A stretch of 63,843 nt of DNA, the filler included, from Vermamoeba vermiformis (taxonomy: Eukaryota), in NCBI GenBank assembly GCA_045837725.1. It is 8 parts of 8 records of this genome, joined end to end, with 100 filler letters (N's around TTAATTAATTAA, not from the genome) between each part and the next. Parts side by side here need not be neighbours in the genome. Positions count along the whole stretch, not along the records: positions 1 to 10,270 come from JBEWZL010000019.1; positions 10,371 to 19,259 come from JBEWZL010000020.1; 6 more parts are not named here. One strand, given 5' to 3'. The stretch's first letter is position 1. Each line of letters begins with the position of its first letter. Shown one piece after another: positions 1 to 13,338 of the stretch. The translations under genes were made by a program, and so were the position numbers. The notes beneath the pieces were generated by a model that was not told the origin of the DNA, did no database searches, and was given only the letters and a program-made list of their open reading frames with translations.

Positions 1-598
1 TCCCTTAGAGGCGGGATGTGCATAACCGAAAAAAAATTGATATCTTTTGTATTTTGCATTCGATTGTTAATCAGAAGCATATCTCTACAGGAAATCGACC
101 CCTCTGCATCGAACGGAAGCATTGCCTTCACAAAATTCACTCCGGTAAGTCCAGATCCAGCCAATCCCCCAGATCGGCTCCGGCCAAACACTCCCAAACT
201 AACCAAACCCTCATTTATTTCTTTAGTTATCAATAAAAAAGGGTGCTCTTGCGGGGAGATGCAGATCGGGATCCCGGGCCCATCGCACAAGATCTGCACC
301 TATACTTATCCACCGTATAAGTACGTTGTACCACAACTTACAAGAGCTGTTAACGATGGTTTGCAAGCGTTAGACGCCCTCATTTCTGAGCCTGACAAAT
401 CCGAAGGTAATTGTTTTTCGCGTTCATCAAAAGACTTCGGCGAGTTTTTTATCGTGTTCATTATGCAGTCTGTTCTGCGCCTAGTCAACAAGGAGTCGGA
501 GCATAGGCAGCCACAATAACTTCGACGAGTTGTTGATTACCGGCTGATTGCCATGGAGCAAGGAATCACCCAAGCTCGGAGAGTAAATTTGTAATTTA

Positions 599-3500
599 TT
601 ACAAGTCAAACACTTTTGATTTTCGAATGTGTCTCGCGCTGCATCCAGTACAAATGAATTGTAAATGACCGCTTTTTGAGCAAGCAAGACAAATGAGAGT
701 TGTTTGTTGCCGCTTTGCTTTTGGACATAAGGTACAACGGCCACGAACTGTCTCTGAAAAATATTTTGAGGGCACTCCTACGTGCATTTGGTTAGTTGAG
801 TGCTCAATTCGTTGAATTTGCCATAGAATGACTCCTCGTCTACTTCGAATTCGATAAAGTTTGGAAGGTCTCTTCGGACTTCTCGACGGAACTTGTGCCA
901 ACTCTCGCGCAATCTTCTCTAAGTACTCGCGAAATATGCCATCATGTTTAGTGACTGCCTTGAAATAAATGAACGAATTCCAAGCTGTTATTGTAATTGT
1001 TGTAGCAAAGAGTGCTTGTGTCCATTTTAAGAATTTGTGAGGATACGCAAAAGTGTGAATTTGTCTCGCGGCCTCGTCAACAAATCCCTTTGCATAGGCA
1101 TACTCTTGAGCGCACAATGGCTTTGAAGCAGTACTTGGCTATTTAAAGAATGTTGGTACTTTAACTAAATAGTGTTGTGCTTACATTGACAGATTTGCTC
1201 GGGCTTGGTGTGGCAAAAATGTTCACTTTCGGGCAAAGTGGTTGCCAGGATCTACGATCTACATTGATTTAGCTAAAAATACTTGGCTCATTTTACGTAC
1301 CTGCGATATAGTTCGAGAACAGATTCATTATTGCCGATTTATCTTTGAAGGACGTAGCCGTAATTAAATTGAACTTTCCGTTGGTATAGTAGCTCTTTGC
1401 GCAATTCTCTTGTAAGTTTGTTTGTAGGTTATCGAACACGTAGGAGGGTGAGTTTTTCTTTGCCGACAACAAGAAGTATAGTCCTAGCTCATCTGATAAA
1501 CAAAGTCAGTAGGTGCAGTAGGAATGGCAGATTGTCGGTACCTAGTTTACGAGAGGCCTCTTCCGATCCCCATTTGCTATCTGTAGTCAAAATGTAACCG
1601 TCATTTCGAGCAGCTAACTTCTCGGCAACCTCAAGCAACTGGTATTTTGGAGGTAAACATAAACCAAGGTACACGTCAAGGTCCCACACAAAGTGTTGGC
1701 TGTCGGCAAGCAAATATAATAGTATTCCATTTGGATGTGGCTTAGTCGGAATATATTGCTGACAAAGCGTTAGATTGGTCGAAGTGTTCTGTAATTACAT
1801 ACCTTTGCAAAGAACTTCCCTAGAAACGGCGTAATCGTTTCATCAAAAGTTACGTGCTGATGAGGAGTCCAGTGTGCTTGATACTTTTTCTTCAGCGATG
1901 CTATTAGGCTATCAACATCGTAATGAAAATTCTTCCAAATGAGCTCGTATCTGCTGCTTGATATTCGGCTTGAAACCCACTCATTGCCGTAGAGTGGGTT
2001 GTTTTCAATCCAATTGTCGCGTACTCGTCTTCCTTTAACCACCGTAATAGCAATTGTGACACCAAGAAATGTTCGGAATTCGTCCAGAGTTAGAGGTTTT
2101 TTTCGCCATTGCTTTGCGCTGTTGTGCTGCCATATCTTCTCTTTGTCGGTCAAAGTGATAGGCGCATTATAGTGGTCGTAAAGCTTTTGTAAATTGCCTG
2201 TCCAAGTATTCGATTTTATCAATGCAGGATACTTCTGCTCCATTTGCTTTGCCCATGTTTGTGCTTTCAATAATTGGTCCCGTCGAATTCTGATTCTTCG
2301 TTGCTGCTTTTGGTCGTTTGACAGAATTGCAAATTCGTTCATTTCATCGACAAGTTGTTGTTGTAGTTCTCCTATTAAGGGTATCAATATAGTTAAGCAT
2401 TCGATTAAGTGGCAATAGGTATTACTTGTAAAAAACATCTCAAAAGCTTCCAACGCCGTGAGGCTTTTTGGCGCACCAACGGGACCGGGTTGCGGACAAG
2501 TATCACGGAAATATTTGAGCGTTGTCCGTGGAACCTTAGGTATGTCAGCAATCCACCCTTGTTGTAATAAGGCTCTGGAAGAGCGTAGGTAATTTGTCAG
2601 CTGCTTGTGGCAATTTGTGGACAGTTCGGATTTCAAAAACCAATTGAAGTGCATTGCGTCGCCGTTCCGCCACTCTAATAGCCACTCTCGCTCATTATTT
2701 TGATAGCGAAACATTATTACTTTGGATAAATTGTTAATGGAGAGCTTCTTTGACATCTTAGTTCGCGTGTACTTGCCACCATCAATTTCAATCGCTGGCG
2801 TCAATTCAATTTCTTTTTTGATTCGCTTCTTAGGTTTTGGCTTTACCACTGGTTCGTCTTCGATATCTTCATCCACGCTAATTTCACTTAATTGCATTAA
2901 ATCAATGGAATTTGAACTTTGCGATACCGGCTCCATCTCCATCGAATCCGAAGACAGCTCAACATAATCCAAGTGTGATATTTTTTGCCCTGTTCAAAGT
3001 TATTACCATACCAACAAAATCTCTGTGCGCAAACTTACTCTTCCTTGGCGGAGCGGCATTTTCTTCATTGCCTTCGTTCAGTTGTTGGGCAAACGGAAAA
3101 AACCTTGCCGCTTTTTCTTTGTTGATGTAAAACAGATGTTGGGCCGTTCTATATCCTCCTCTTATCTTTGCTAATTGAGCGGGAAACTTGACACGATTAA
3201 CGTGAGTATCGTTGTAGAGGATCCAATGCTGTCTAAGTTCTTCATTTATCAGCACTTCATAATGGCCAGAATTTTGAGAGTTGCCGGAATGAATTACTAC
3301 TGCAAATAACGTGTAGTTTGAACCGGCGACTGAAATATCAATGTCTATGTTGACATTTTGACGCGATTTGGTCCACTCGTTTGGTGAGGTTTCATTAAAG
3401 CGATGTAAATGTAGGTGAAGGATATCCGGCATTGAGACTAACTCATACAAATCAGTGCACTCCTAAACAAGTGTTACTAATCGGTCATAGCACGTGGGAC

Positions 3501-4486
3501 ATACTTTAACGCCGAGACCTGGTTCGGGTTCAAATTGAATTTGATGAGGAGCCGAGTATTGTGTGATGGACAATTGAATTGAACCTTCGGGTTTGATAAC
3601 GAGCTCTACCAATATTGGTTAAATTTCGGGTAGTGAATTAGTAGGACTTGCCTCTGACCTCGTCAACTTTATTGACCACTTGAATTCCATTGTATAAAAT
3701 TTTTCTTCTCTGTTGCATTACAAAGTAGTTGCCAAATTCACCCAGGTGCGGCATCAATGTCAGCATAAACTCGTGAAAGCAATCTTGCTGATTTTCTTTG
3801 ATTTTCCACACACGATGTTGCTCTAACGCAGCGGCAAAATCACGCAGATGGCTCTGTTGTTGTGCCAACGACGCAAAAACAGATTGTAGGGAGTCGACTA
3901 TCGCTTTGTTTGCTTCGTTGCCATCCTGCCGAAATGACAGATGCGCAAACTTCATTTTCCAAAGCAGAATAACGGCAACGTTTGCGTAGCACTTGGTTTT
4001 TGACGCGTTTTCTAATCCAAATCGGTAATAAGGCAGCTGGTATTTTTAATTAATTACTATTTTAAAATAGAGCGGTACTAGTACTAGCTTACATCAAATC
4101 CAAGTGCGCGTAGAGGATTCTTGCTTGTTGTGTGCGCCACATGCTTGTATCTAATTTATAATGAATAAATGCAGTATAAATGCTATTTTTTTGCTTACTT
4201 GAGCGCATCCTTAAATCGTGGCTGAAATTCGCCGAACTGCATCTCGCTACCGCCAAACAATTCACAAACATGAAATAAATCACGATCCGTTAGCCAACTC
4301 TCATCGTTTGAGTCGGTAACATGACACAACTGACTAAGAATTGGGGTGTAACCGCCAAAGCAGGAAACATCCGAGGCTGAACCGTAAAATAATTAGTAAA
4401 AATCCGGTAATCTAAAATTAGTAAATGGGGCGGTGGAACTTACCATTAAAGATGAAGCTGCAACTTAAAATACCTCGGGATTGCAT
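599..4486 (-). CDS. USP (peptidase C19) deubiquitinase - chromo-like - piggyBac-type transposase fusion protein, multi-exon (copy 1)
   Basis: USP motifs: Cys box GLENASKTKCYANVAV (~3970-4020), QQDCFHEF, LHLHLHRF, His box VVIHSGNSQNSGHY..WILYND. A 49-nt GT-AG intron (2990-3038) joins this in frame to ORF 1770-2972. piggyBac motifs: EFRTFLG, FDETITPFLG, KQYIPTKPHPNG, TTDSKWGS, YAYAKGFVDEA, and a C-terminal Cys-rich domain CTLC..CLAC..CTGC; stop at 599. The start at 4486 and one GC-AG intron (~3606-3651) are inferred. Confidence 0.85.
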
Positions 4487-4647
4487 TTTCTACATGTCAA
4501 AATTAGCAAATCTGGATCGTGCCCACTTTTACGAACTTTTTACCAGTTGTTTATGAATCGCGTGCTTGTAATAAAATAATAAGCACGATTCGCAGAAGAA
4601 ACAAAACTCCCACGTGTGGGAATCTGGCACGTGGGCGTGACACTTTC

Positions 4648-7110
4648 TTAAAATTTTCGCAAGCCAAGTGTGTTCAATGCACGAGTGATCATTGCCTCAT
4701 TTTCTATACGATAAGGCAATTCAAAGATTGATACAATTGCATTACAACTGCGATTAAAAAACTGGAGGACATCGGGTAGTGCAAGGTCTTGCAAGAACAT
4801 TTGCTTAATAGCTTGCTTGCCACTCGCTAATAGATGCTCATCGCCATGGTTGTCCCGCACGCACTCCACGTAGAGCCAGCAAAAAGCTTCCAGGCAAGTA
4901 TCTACAGTACTTGAGTACACTTTTAACAAGGGAACGGAACTTACTCTTTCCTTCGTTAGGATTTAAATGGTTTGGTTGTGCGAGGTAGTTGCAGCGGCTT
5001 ATCAAGTCAAAGACTAGCACTGGATCATCGCTAGTTTCACTCCAAGATCTTATTCTTGTCTCTTTTAGGTACCACGTTCCTGAATTTAGATTTAGTAAGG
5101 CCTTCGTGCAAACGTAATACATACCAATGTACAAATAACTATCGTCTTCGTTCTGCACCGCAACTTCGATAGGCAACTTGTAACGGCCATTGCGTAGCAC
5201 CATCATATTTCTAAAAGCATCGAGGCCTCCAACGGCACCCCCAACATGAATAATACCATTGCACCAAGAGGAACAATCGTTGCCTTCGTAGTCTCTGCTT
5301 AGGATCATCGAGGTGCAGCCTAATCAACGACGAACAGTTAGATTGTAATAAAGTTTTTGCGTTCGGAACTAACCAATATCTAATAAGCCATTAAAAGAAG
5401 AGTCGATGTGAACTCCTCCCGTAAACTGAAATCTGGCCAGCTCGAATTTTGAATATATCTCTCCGACCTAACAATTTGATTATTATTGAACCTCATGCTT
5501 GACTACATTACCTTTAAATGTTGACGCTTGCCAAATAAACAAGACTTGCCTACTAGACACGGATGCAGTTGATGAATCATGATCTCGTTGCAGGAAGAGC
5601 AATACAATAATGAATTGCTCAAAAGCAATGCACGTGCCCAAGTGTAGTTGCCGCGTTCAGGATAGAGGACAGTAAGGAGTGAGGGTAACTTCTGTTCGGT
5701 TGTTTCACTACCAAATTTGCGTTTTTTGCGAAGCCTAGTGTCTGAATTCGATGATATGGCCAGCGTTCTCTGCCATTCAAGAAGCAGATCGCCAGATGTC
5801 CATGATGTCAACGAGTGGCCATCGAGCTTGTTCGACTCTAAGTTTGTGTTAAATCGATAGTAATTAACAAATACACGTACCTAGCGATTCCTTTCCCGCA
5901 CAATAGGTCTCTATATTTACGTCGCGTATCGTCGCTACCCATCGCACAAAATTTGTCATCGTGCCCCAGACACAGTGTTGCAAGAACGCTTGCATTCCAG
6001 TAGGCTGCAACAGCATCATGTTGTCGGCTAGGGGAATGTACTTTTCTTCTGCAATGGCTGTTAGTATCGGGTGTTGCAAGGCAAAATGAAGGATGCCTAC
6101 TCTTTCGGTGATGCCCGTGACCAATCACAAAACTCCAGCCCGTAGGCGATGGGTTATTCTCGATGTCATTCATATCGATAAAGCCCGACAATGTGAATAC
6201 TTTAACATCCTCTGGGTTGCCCAAATAGTCGTCATCTGTAAATTATTAATAAATTGCCGTTCAACAAATGCAATATGAGCATTACCGTCGGCATGATAGC
6301 CCATTGCCTTGAATACATGCCTATCACAGCCTCGGGCCACGTTTATACTATCATCTGAGAGCGGAGGATACACCGTGAACATCACGCACGTAGTATTGGT
6401 GACTGAATAATTGAACGGCAGTAATGAAGAAAATAAAATTCGCACGCATTCTGGGACTTCATCAATTGCATCGCGATAGAATCCGCTGTTGCTAACATTT
6501 ATATATAATCCAAACAAATTGCATTGATGGATGTACCTACTTGTACGACACTCCGGTGCCGGCCGAGCCATACACAGCATAAAGCCGCTTTGTTACAGAT
6601 ACAATTCTACTATTCTTCTTCCCCTCGGGCACGAAAGAAATGTCTCGTACCAATGAACGCTTGAATTGAATGTAGGCTTCGTTGGTGAAAAAATTACTGA
6701 AAATAGGCAGATCTACTCCAAAAGCGGTAACCGTTGCAGTTGGCCTAAACTGCAGTTAATTTTCGAACGTAAAAAAAAATTATCACTTACTGGGGCTCGC
6801 TTGTTGGTACCCTGACCAATGATTGACCGAATTCAAAAAAGGAAGAAGCGTTTTCGGCCAGATCGGTTGGCACAAAATCCTCTCCAGCTGCATCGCTATG
6901 CTGGCACATTAGCTGATCATCTGAACGATTATTAATTATTAAATTGATTGTGTATACCGTACATTTGACAATCTCGCACTTGCTAACAAGGCTGCACATC
7001 CATTTTTTTGAGTATAAGTACTGCACGGGCAATGAGTTGGGGATTTGTAACTCTGCCCCAAGGAAGTGCTTAATTCGTTGTTCAAGTTCAGTAAAATTCA
7101 AACAAATCAA
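4648..7110 (-). CDS. Multi-exon hypothetical protein(s) with an SRA/YDG-like (PUA-fold) segment near the C-terminus
   Basis: Chain of minus-strand ORFs separated by short introns. The spliced segment HLKVGEIYSKFEL..GGVHID..GCTSMILSRDYEGND..PIEVAVQ..SYLYIGMYYV resembles the SRA pattern. Exon chain not fully resolved. Confidence 0.45.
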
Positions 7111-7454
7111 GTCCTTAATACGGTGCCAGACGGTAGCAGCGACATCTCTGGAAAAAAAAACTAGCCGTTAGCAAATATTTCTGAATTTATTCCACATTAT
7201 AATTACGCAAAATAATGTAAATTACTAAATATATATTTTTGGGCCCTATAATAACCAACGTGAAGGGGATCGGCGCAGATCCTTGATTAAATTAATAAAT
7301 TTACAACTTCCGTCAACGCGAATATTCATATGAAGTAATATACTTACCGAATTGAAACCGTTCGCTCGTTATTATAATTAATTGCGAAGCACTGCAGAAG
7401 TGTTTCGCGGATCAGTCTGTTTTGACCTTTGCCCGACAAGTTCCCAGTACTGGC

Positions 7455-8673
7455 ATGGTAGAAAACAACCCTACCGTGTTCAGCAGGGTTGCATTCCATA
7501 CTCAATACCCACGTGTTGTCTTGCGCAAGTCGCAACAGTAAATGATCGGAAAAAAACGGCAACATTTTTATTCAGCGCAAAGCAAGTTTCACGGGAGCAC
7601 GCAGGCAACTATAATATGCTTAGGAACGAATACAAAAGTACTTCAATCCGAAGAAAATCGCACAACAGCGAAGATTCAACTCACCAATCCACGAATCTGC
7701 TCCCTACCTGCACTGATTAATGCATCTTTTGCGTTCCGGGGTAGGTTATGATATATATTACGTACAAAATAACGATAATTTTATACCAAACGCTCATTCA
7801 GATTTTTTGTTAATTTTTTTTTTACGATCCGCTTTTAACGGATATTTGGCAATACCCACAAAATATTTTGAAGACGAAGAGTATTTCTACATGGTATTCG
7901 ATAATGAATATGAATCGCTATTAGAATATTTCAGTACTATACCAGCAGAAGAATATAACGAAAAATTAATCGTTCGGCTGATCCAGCAAGTGATCCACGC
8001 CATGAAATATTTGCACGAACGAAATTTATTCTTGGTAACTTGCTTTGGCACACTTCATTTAGGCATGAAGCGGTCTACAAACGGAAAGGTATATTCGAGA
8101 ATATTATTATTCATATTTTGATTACTTTTCCTCGGATCTAACTTGGATCTTGGATCTTAGATCTGTTTGCAGCTCGCCAACTACATGTATAATTGGTATG
8201 CGATATATGCACCTATAATATACCCTGGGTATTTGCTATCTCCGGATATAGTCCATGAAAATCCTACGTTGACTGTTAGTTCGGATCTGTTCTCGCTTGG
8301 TACGTACAATTTCCTTTTTTGGAATAGTCCATTAGACATTTTAGAAATTAATTGACATTATTATTCATAAGGTATATTGACCAAGTTCTTATTAACTGGA
8401 ACATACTTGTACGATATTCATCCGATGAGAGCAATGTTCGAAATGAGAAAATTTCAAAGTTACGCGCTCCAAGATCCGAACAACGAGTTGTCAGATCTGG
8501 CCAAAGATTTCATTTTGCGATTATTGAAGCGTAATCCAGAAGATAGAATGACATTAGAAGAGGCATTGAATCATCCGTGGCTGACGAATCCGGAGCCAAG
8601 TACTTCACCTCTCAAAACTGCCTATGCGAGCCTCACTACTGACGATATTTCTCAAAGCGATGATGAAGAATAA
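7455..8673 (+). CDS. Ser/Thr protein kinase-like protein, probable pseudokinase
   Basis: C-lobe motifs IQQVIHAMKYLHERN, SDLFSLG, AKDFILRLLKRNPEDRMTLEEALNHPWL are present. No HRD or DFG (LQLANY at the DFG position). Start approximate. Confidence 0.7.
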
Positions 8674-8928
8674 AAAAAATTTATTAATTTGCCAAATTTT
8701 TGGCTTGTACGAGCAAGCATTTCAAAAAAATTTCGTCTTAATTCCAATGATTTGGAATGTTTGAACGAGTATTTACCACGCAAAATGAACGCAAACAATG
8801 TGAGTGTTACGCCGAAACAGTGTAAGTCCTATTTATTTTGCCCTTTTGATATCCCATCTACGGAGGACCTTTACAGGAACATAAATTTTGACGAACCCCA
8901 ATTTTAACTCGCATTTGGAACGAACACC

Positions 8929-10102
8929 ATGAAGAGAAGATTTGAAGACCAAGTAAGCGCAATTTAATTATAGCGTAGTTTAATTTGTATAGCAGGATGA
9001 GGATAGAATCAATTTAAAGCGATTTAAGGCAGATGATCAACAAAAAATAGTAGAATTGCCAAAAGATATTTTGAAAATAATTATTGGATATTCGGAAGCG
9101 AAAGAATTAGCTTTATTTATAATTTCCGCTAAGTCTGTGCAAGATCTTTTTTCAGAATCTGAATGGATGCGTCTTTACGTTCAGCGGTGGAAAATTGATC
9201 AAGTTAAAAACCCTCCTAAAAATACTTTGGCGATGGTAGAAGGCATAATACTTATTTTTGGCTAATATAAACCTAACGTGTCTTGCCCCAGACTCGATCC
9301 CCAAGTGCAAGAAGATTCGTCCTGTTTAACTATTGGCACGAATATTCTTGGAAAATTAAATACAAATTACGCTCACAATTAGGCAATGAAGTGCCTGTTC
9401 CCCAAGTTAAGCCTTTACTCTTTCCAAATCTGAATCCACTACGGATCTCGTTCTATAAAATGAATAACGACGGTCAAGAAGTTAAATATGATAATTTGGA
9501 TACTATCAAGGAGGAAAATAGAGAAATGTATCCGGATGCAATTACCGATCCACGACAAGAAGACGATTTTGACACGAAACATGTGGCCGTAGAGTTCATT
9601 GCAATTGGTCCTTCTACAATTCCGGTGAAATTTCGCGTGGAGATGCAGCCACCAATCAGAATATCAAAAGTCGTTCGGCCACCAAAGCCACCTGTGTCAC
9701 ATCCACGAGTGCAATCACGACGAGGATTAGCTGTTCGAAGAGCTCCTATTGAAAATGAATATAGACCTGCAAAAATGAGATATTTTAGTGAGAGATTTAT
9801 GGTGTATAATAACGAGACTAAGAGCTGGCACGTAAGTCGTAAACCGAAAGTTGAAACTTGGAAATTTCCTTATTTGGAAATTACGTAGAAATCAATCTCC
9901 AATCCGATCTTAATTATTATATTGTCAGGTAATTGCAGTGTATTATAACAACTTTCGACTAGAAGAAGAAGAACGATTGCACTACGGTGATTTTCATTCC
10001 GTGCTTGAACTCGTGATAGGCCGTGAACAGTACAAAGAATCGTATGTGAGAGCGCTCAATGTCATGGATCAGCTTCGTGAGGCAGCGAATATTGTATTAT
10101 AA
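8929..10102 (+). CDS. F-box-like protein
   Basis: IVELPKDILKIIIGY....LALFIISAKSVQDLF..SEWMRLY N-terminal F-box pattern; short introns link ORFs 9056 and 9283. Confidence 0.6.
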
Positions 10103-10270
10103 TAAGCAGTTCATTACTCGCTCAGAATACCGAACTAAAAAACTTAGTTACTAATTCGCAGGCCTTGGTTCTATTTTTACTCTATTGTTCGTTCATGAAA
10201 TATCACAAATTGTTCCTTTGTTTGTATTCGATGGTTGGAGATAAAATCAATAAGGGTCATAGGTAAAGCC

Positions 10271-10370
10271 NNNNNNNNNNNNNNNNNNNNNNNNNNNNNN
10301 NNNNNNNNNNNNNNTTAATTAATTAANNNNNNNNNNNNNNNNNNNNNNNNNNNNNNNNNNNNNNNNNNNN
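10271..10370. other. Artificial contig linker (N44-TTAATTAATTAA-N44)
   Basis: Identical 100-nt spacer with stops in all six frames, repeated seven times in the window. Confidence 0.98.
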
Positions 10371-10584
10371 AGCTTGATCCGCGTGCTCATACGTATGTCC
10401 TATTAGGGACAAGATCCGAACCCATCGCATCGCCAACCGGTAACTATGTCATTAAGTTGAGGCCTGATGTGCATCACACTGCTTGCCAAGGCCATTAGCT
10501 CTGGTCTGCACCAGGACTGTGGCATGAAAGATCTGTCTCAGCGCGGGACTCACCGACCAACTTCTCGTCCACATTGGAAAAAGT

Positions 10585-11501
10585 TTATTTAGCGATCGTT
10601 TGCAACATGGTTCGGAGTTCAGATGCATCGATAATTTCCTTCGAGATTGATTTGTTGATTCCGTTGTCGCGGACATTAAGGCGATAGATCCCTTTGGCTA
10701 CTCTTATTCCTGGAAGAAATTTGCTTTCGTATTGATTGTTCCGATAGTCCGCGACAGCACTTCCGTGTTCCTTGTACAACTTAACGAAGACGAAGCGATT
10801 ATCTGAGAAAAACATGAAATTTAAATTCTGCCCGGATCTTGAAACATCAAAACATACCCCACTTTAAGGCTAAGTCCTTGATTTTCTTAGGAAGTGCTTC
10901 GTCGTCGAGTCGAGTAACCACGTCTTCGAAGTGCAATAGCCAAGAGTTACTAGGAACTGACAAATCGTCGGTCCAAAAGACATATTCAAAGTTAGAGTTG
11001 ATTTTTTGCAATTCTTGCGTAATAGTGCTCGGAAAATCACCCTTTGAGACGTAAATTTTCGTTTCTGTCAATAATAATCGATTTAATTATTAGATACGAA
11101 TAAGAAATACTATTAAACTGCTTACTTGTAGGACGTTCGACAGCGATGTGTTTCGGGGGTATATGAGCTGAAACTTGGACTTGAGGCTGACGAAAAGTAG
11201 TCAGATCGGATCGTACCGGAGCAGAATAATCTTTGACTGCTTGGGAGGAATTTGGATATTTAAATATATTTCTGGATATGAAATCTAATTCTTGTTCCTT
11301 TGCTTTTCTCGTTCTTTCGTATTTTTCTTTGGTAGCCAACTTGAATTCTTCGGATCTGGTACGCACAGAGCTCATAGCATTTCTTAACTCCATAATCCTC
11401 GTAGCAAAGTCATCGATGCCATTTTTCAAACCTAAACCCTCTTCTAGAGCTTCAGCGATGATTTTGTCAAGAGTAAACTCGTCGTAGAAAACAGATCCCA
11501 T
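10585..11501 (-). CDS. Hypothetical protein, multi-exon
   Basis: ORFs 11037-11516, 10847-11071 and 10585-10815 are separated by short AT-rich GT-AG introns; no recognised domain. Confidence 0.6.
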
Positions 11502-11885
11502 CCTGAAGTTGTGCAAGAGTTTTTATGTTGTTGGATTGGTCCGCGGATTTAAGGAGAATATGAAGATCTTCTGCTATCGAAACAGGTATAATTTATATGT
11601 TCAAAACGAACTGAATTTCAACACGCCGTGTTGGAGAATTGTGACACAATTTCAACACGGCAAATCAAAAACGATCAAACAAACGGTTGTACAAGACCCA
11701 AATCAACACGGTATAATTTCAATAGACGAAAATCCATTTGTGTGAACTGTGAAAGTTGAAATCAGAAACGTGCAGTCTTCGCCGTGTTGAAAAAAGTTAA
11801 CTTTAAAAAACAATTTCAATCTTCTTCTATTGCAACACGGAACTTAAATTGTCATTACAACCGTACTCTCGATCAAACTCCGCTA

Positions 11886-13202
11886 ATGACAGATGAAAAA
11901 CACGATAAGGGCCTCTTTCGCAGCTTTGTTAGTAAGTGTTTTTGGCTCGTTCTCATATCGATGTTAACTTTGTTGATTGAGGCGGCGTTGTGAGCATTTT
12001 CAGTCCAAAAAGCAAGCAAAAATGGGCCGAGATTGCAAAAGCTTTATGGCCTAAGTTTGAAATTGTTGCAGATCCGAGCGTCAGATCGGATGCCAGAGGA
12101 CATTGGAAATCAGTCTGGACTAGGATATCCGTCAATGATGAAGAGGGATGGAAAATGCTTGGAGAAATGATAGCAAGTGTAATGGTCATTGAAAAGAAGA
12201 AAGTCAGAGCAAACGACCGATTGCTGGATGTCAAACGCGCATTGGAAGAAAAAATGAAAAATATATCGCTGCTGAATGAAGTTGTTTCTTTGGAAAGCGA
12301 ATACAGATCTCTCCGGACATCGGAGTTTTTTCCTTTGCCTTACTTTTTGGATAGTTTGGTCGCCGATTTAGACTCACTTGAAAGACGAAAATTCGATTTT
12401 CTCGTAAAAGAAGAGCGTAGTAAGCTCGACATGCAGGTTCAAGAACAGAAACAAAAGATGACCAACGAAGAAAATCTTCTCGCATCCGCCTTACAAAACT
12501 TCAAGTCACCAAAAAGTAAGATTTCTTTGTCGAATATATACGGTATCGTACTGATATTTTACTCAAGTCGCTGTCTGGATTCGCGGTGACGAGCAGATCT
12601 GTCAGTGTTTTGCAGCCAAATTTTTGAACGACCGTACTTGTTACGAGGTCAAGCACTGGCCTTCAACTGAAGTCATTTTTGACTTTAATGCTCCGACTGT
12701 ATTGCTCAACTTGCATATTGTCCAATCGAATGTCAAGGAAATTATCGAAGCAGATCCGGACTATGTCAAAACATACGAGTTATTTGGTACGACTATCTAA
12801 CTTAAAACAGTATTATAACAAATATGTTAATGTATCATTCGAACACGGACGAATAATTGAGTCCTTATTAATTCTTAACCTTTAGAAAATTGTCTGTTGA
12901 TCCGTCTGCACAAGTACGAAGATTTCGGCTACTCAAATGAGTTCCATAATGATATTGATGATGGTTACGTCCCATCTACTATCCGCGGTCTGCATTCCGT
13001 TCTAAAACTTCAATATTTGATCGGTGATGATGGAGTTCGTTTGTACGATAGTGCCAATCAGTTTGCGAGATTTCAAAAGTACTCGCATCCAACTGCAGAG
13101 GAGAAAATGACAAATTTTTATTTCTTACTTGACGGTCTTGTACGCTCATCTAAAGAACGTTTAAGCCTCTTGCAAGGCTTGCGTGACAGTATTGAGCATT
13201 GA
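11886..13202 (+). CDS. Hypothetical protein with coiled-coil region, multi-exon
   Basis: ORFs 11990-12589 (helical, charged) and 12897-13202, followed by AATAAA at ~13218; divergent from the previous gene. Confidence 0.55.
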
Positions 13203-13338
13203 ACATTTGTACTATGCAATAAACAAGTCTTTCACATCGATTATAATATCATTTAATTTACTACTTTAAAAATAAAATAAAACAATTTTTGCCTTTCATG
13301 ATCCGGATCATGGTTTTATCGGCAGCTTTTTTCAGCTT

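Noticed and set aside
1-598. Terminal repeat for copy 1 and the plus-strand ORF 16-519
   Set aside because: TTAA at ~350 has no visible inverted partner upstream of the gene; the ORF has no recognisable motif.
10271-10370. TTAATTAATTAA palindrome in N runs as a biological repeat or piggyBac TTAA target
   Set aside because: Identical 100-nt construct occurs seven times; it is a six-frame-stop concatenation linker.
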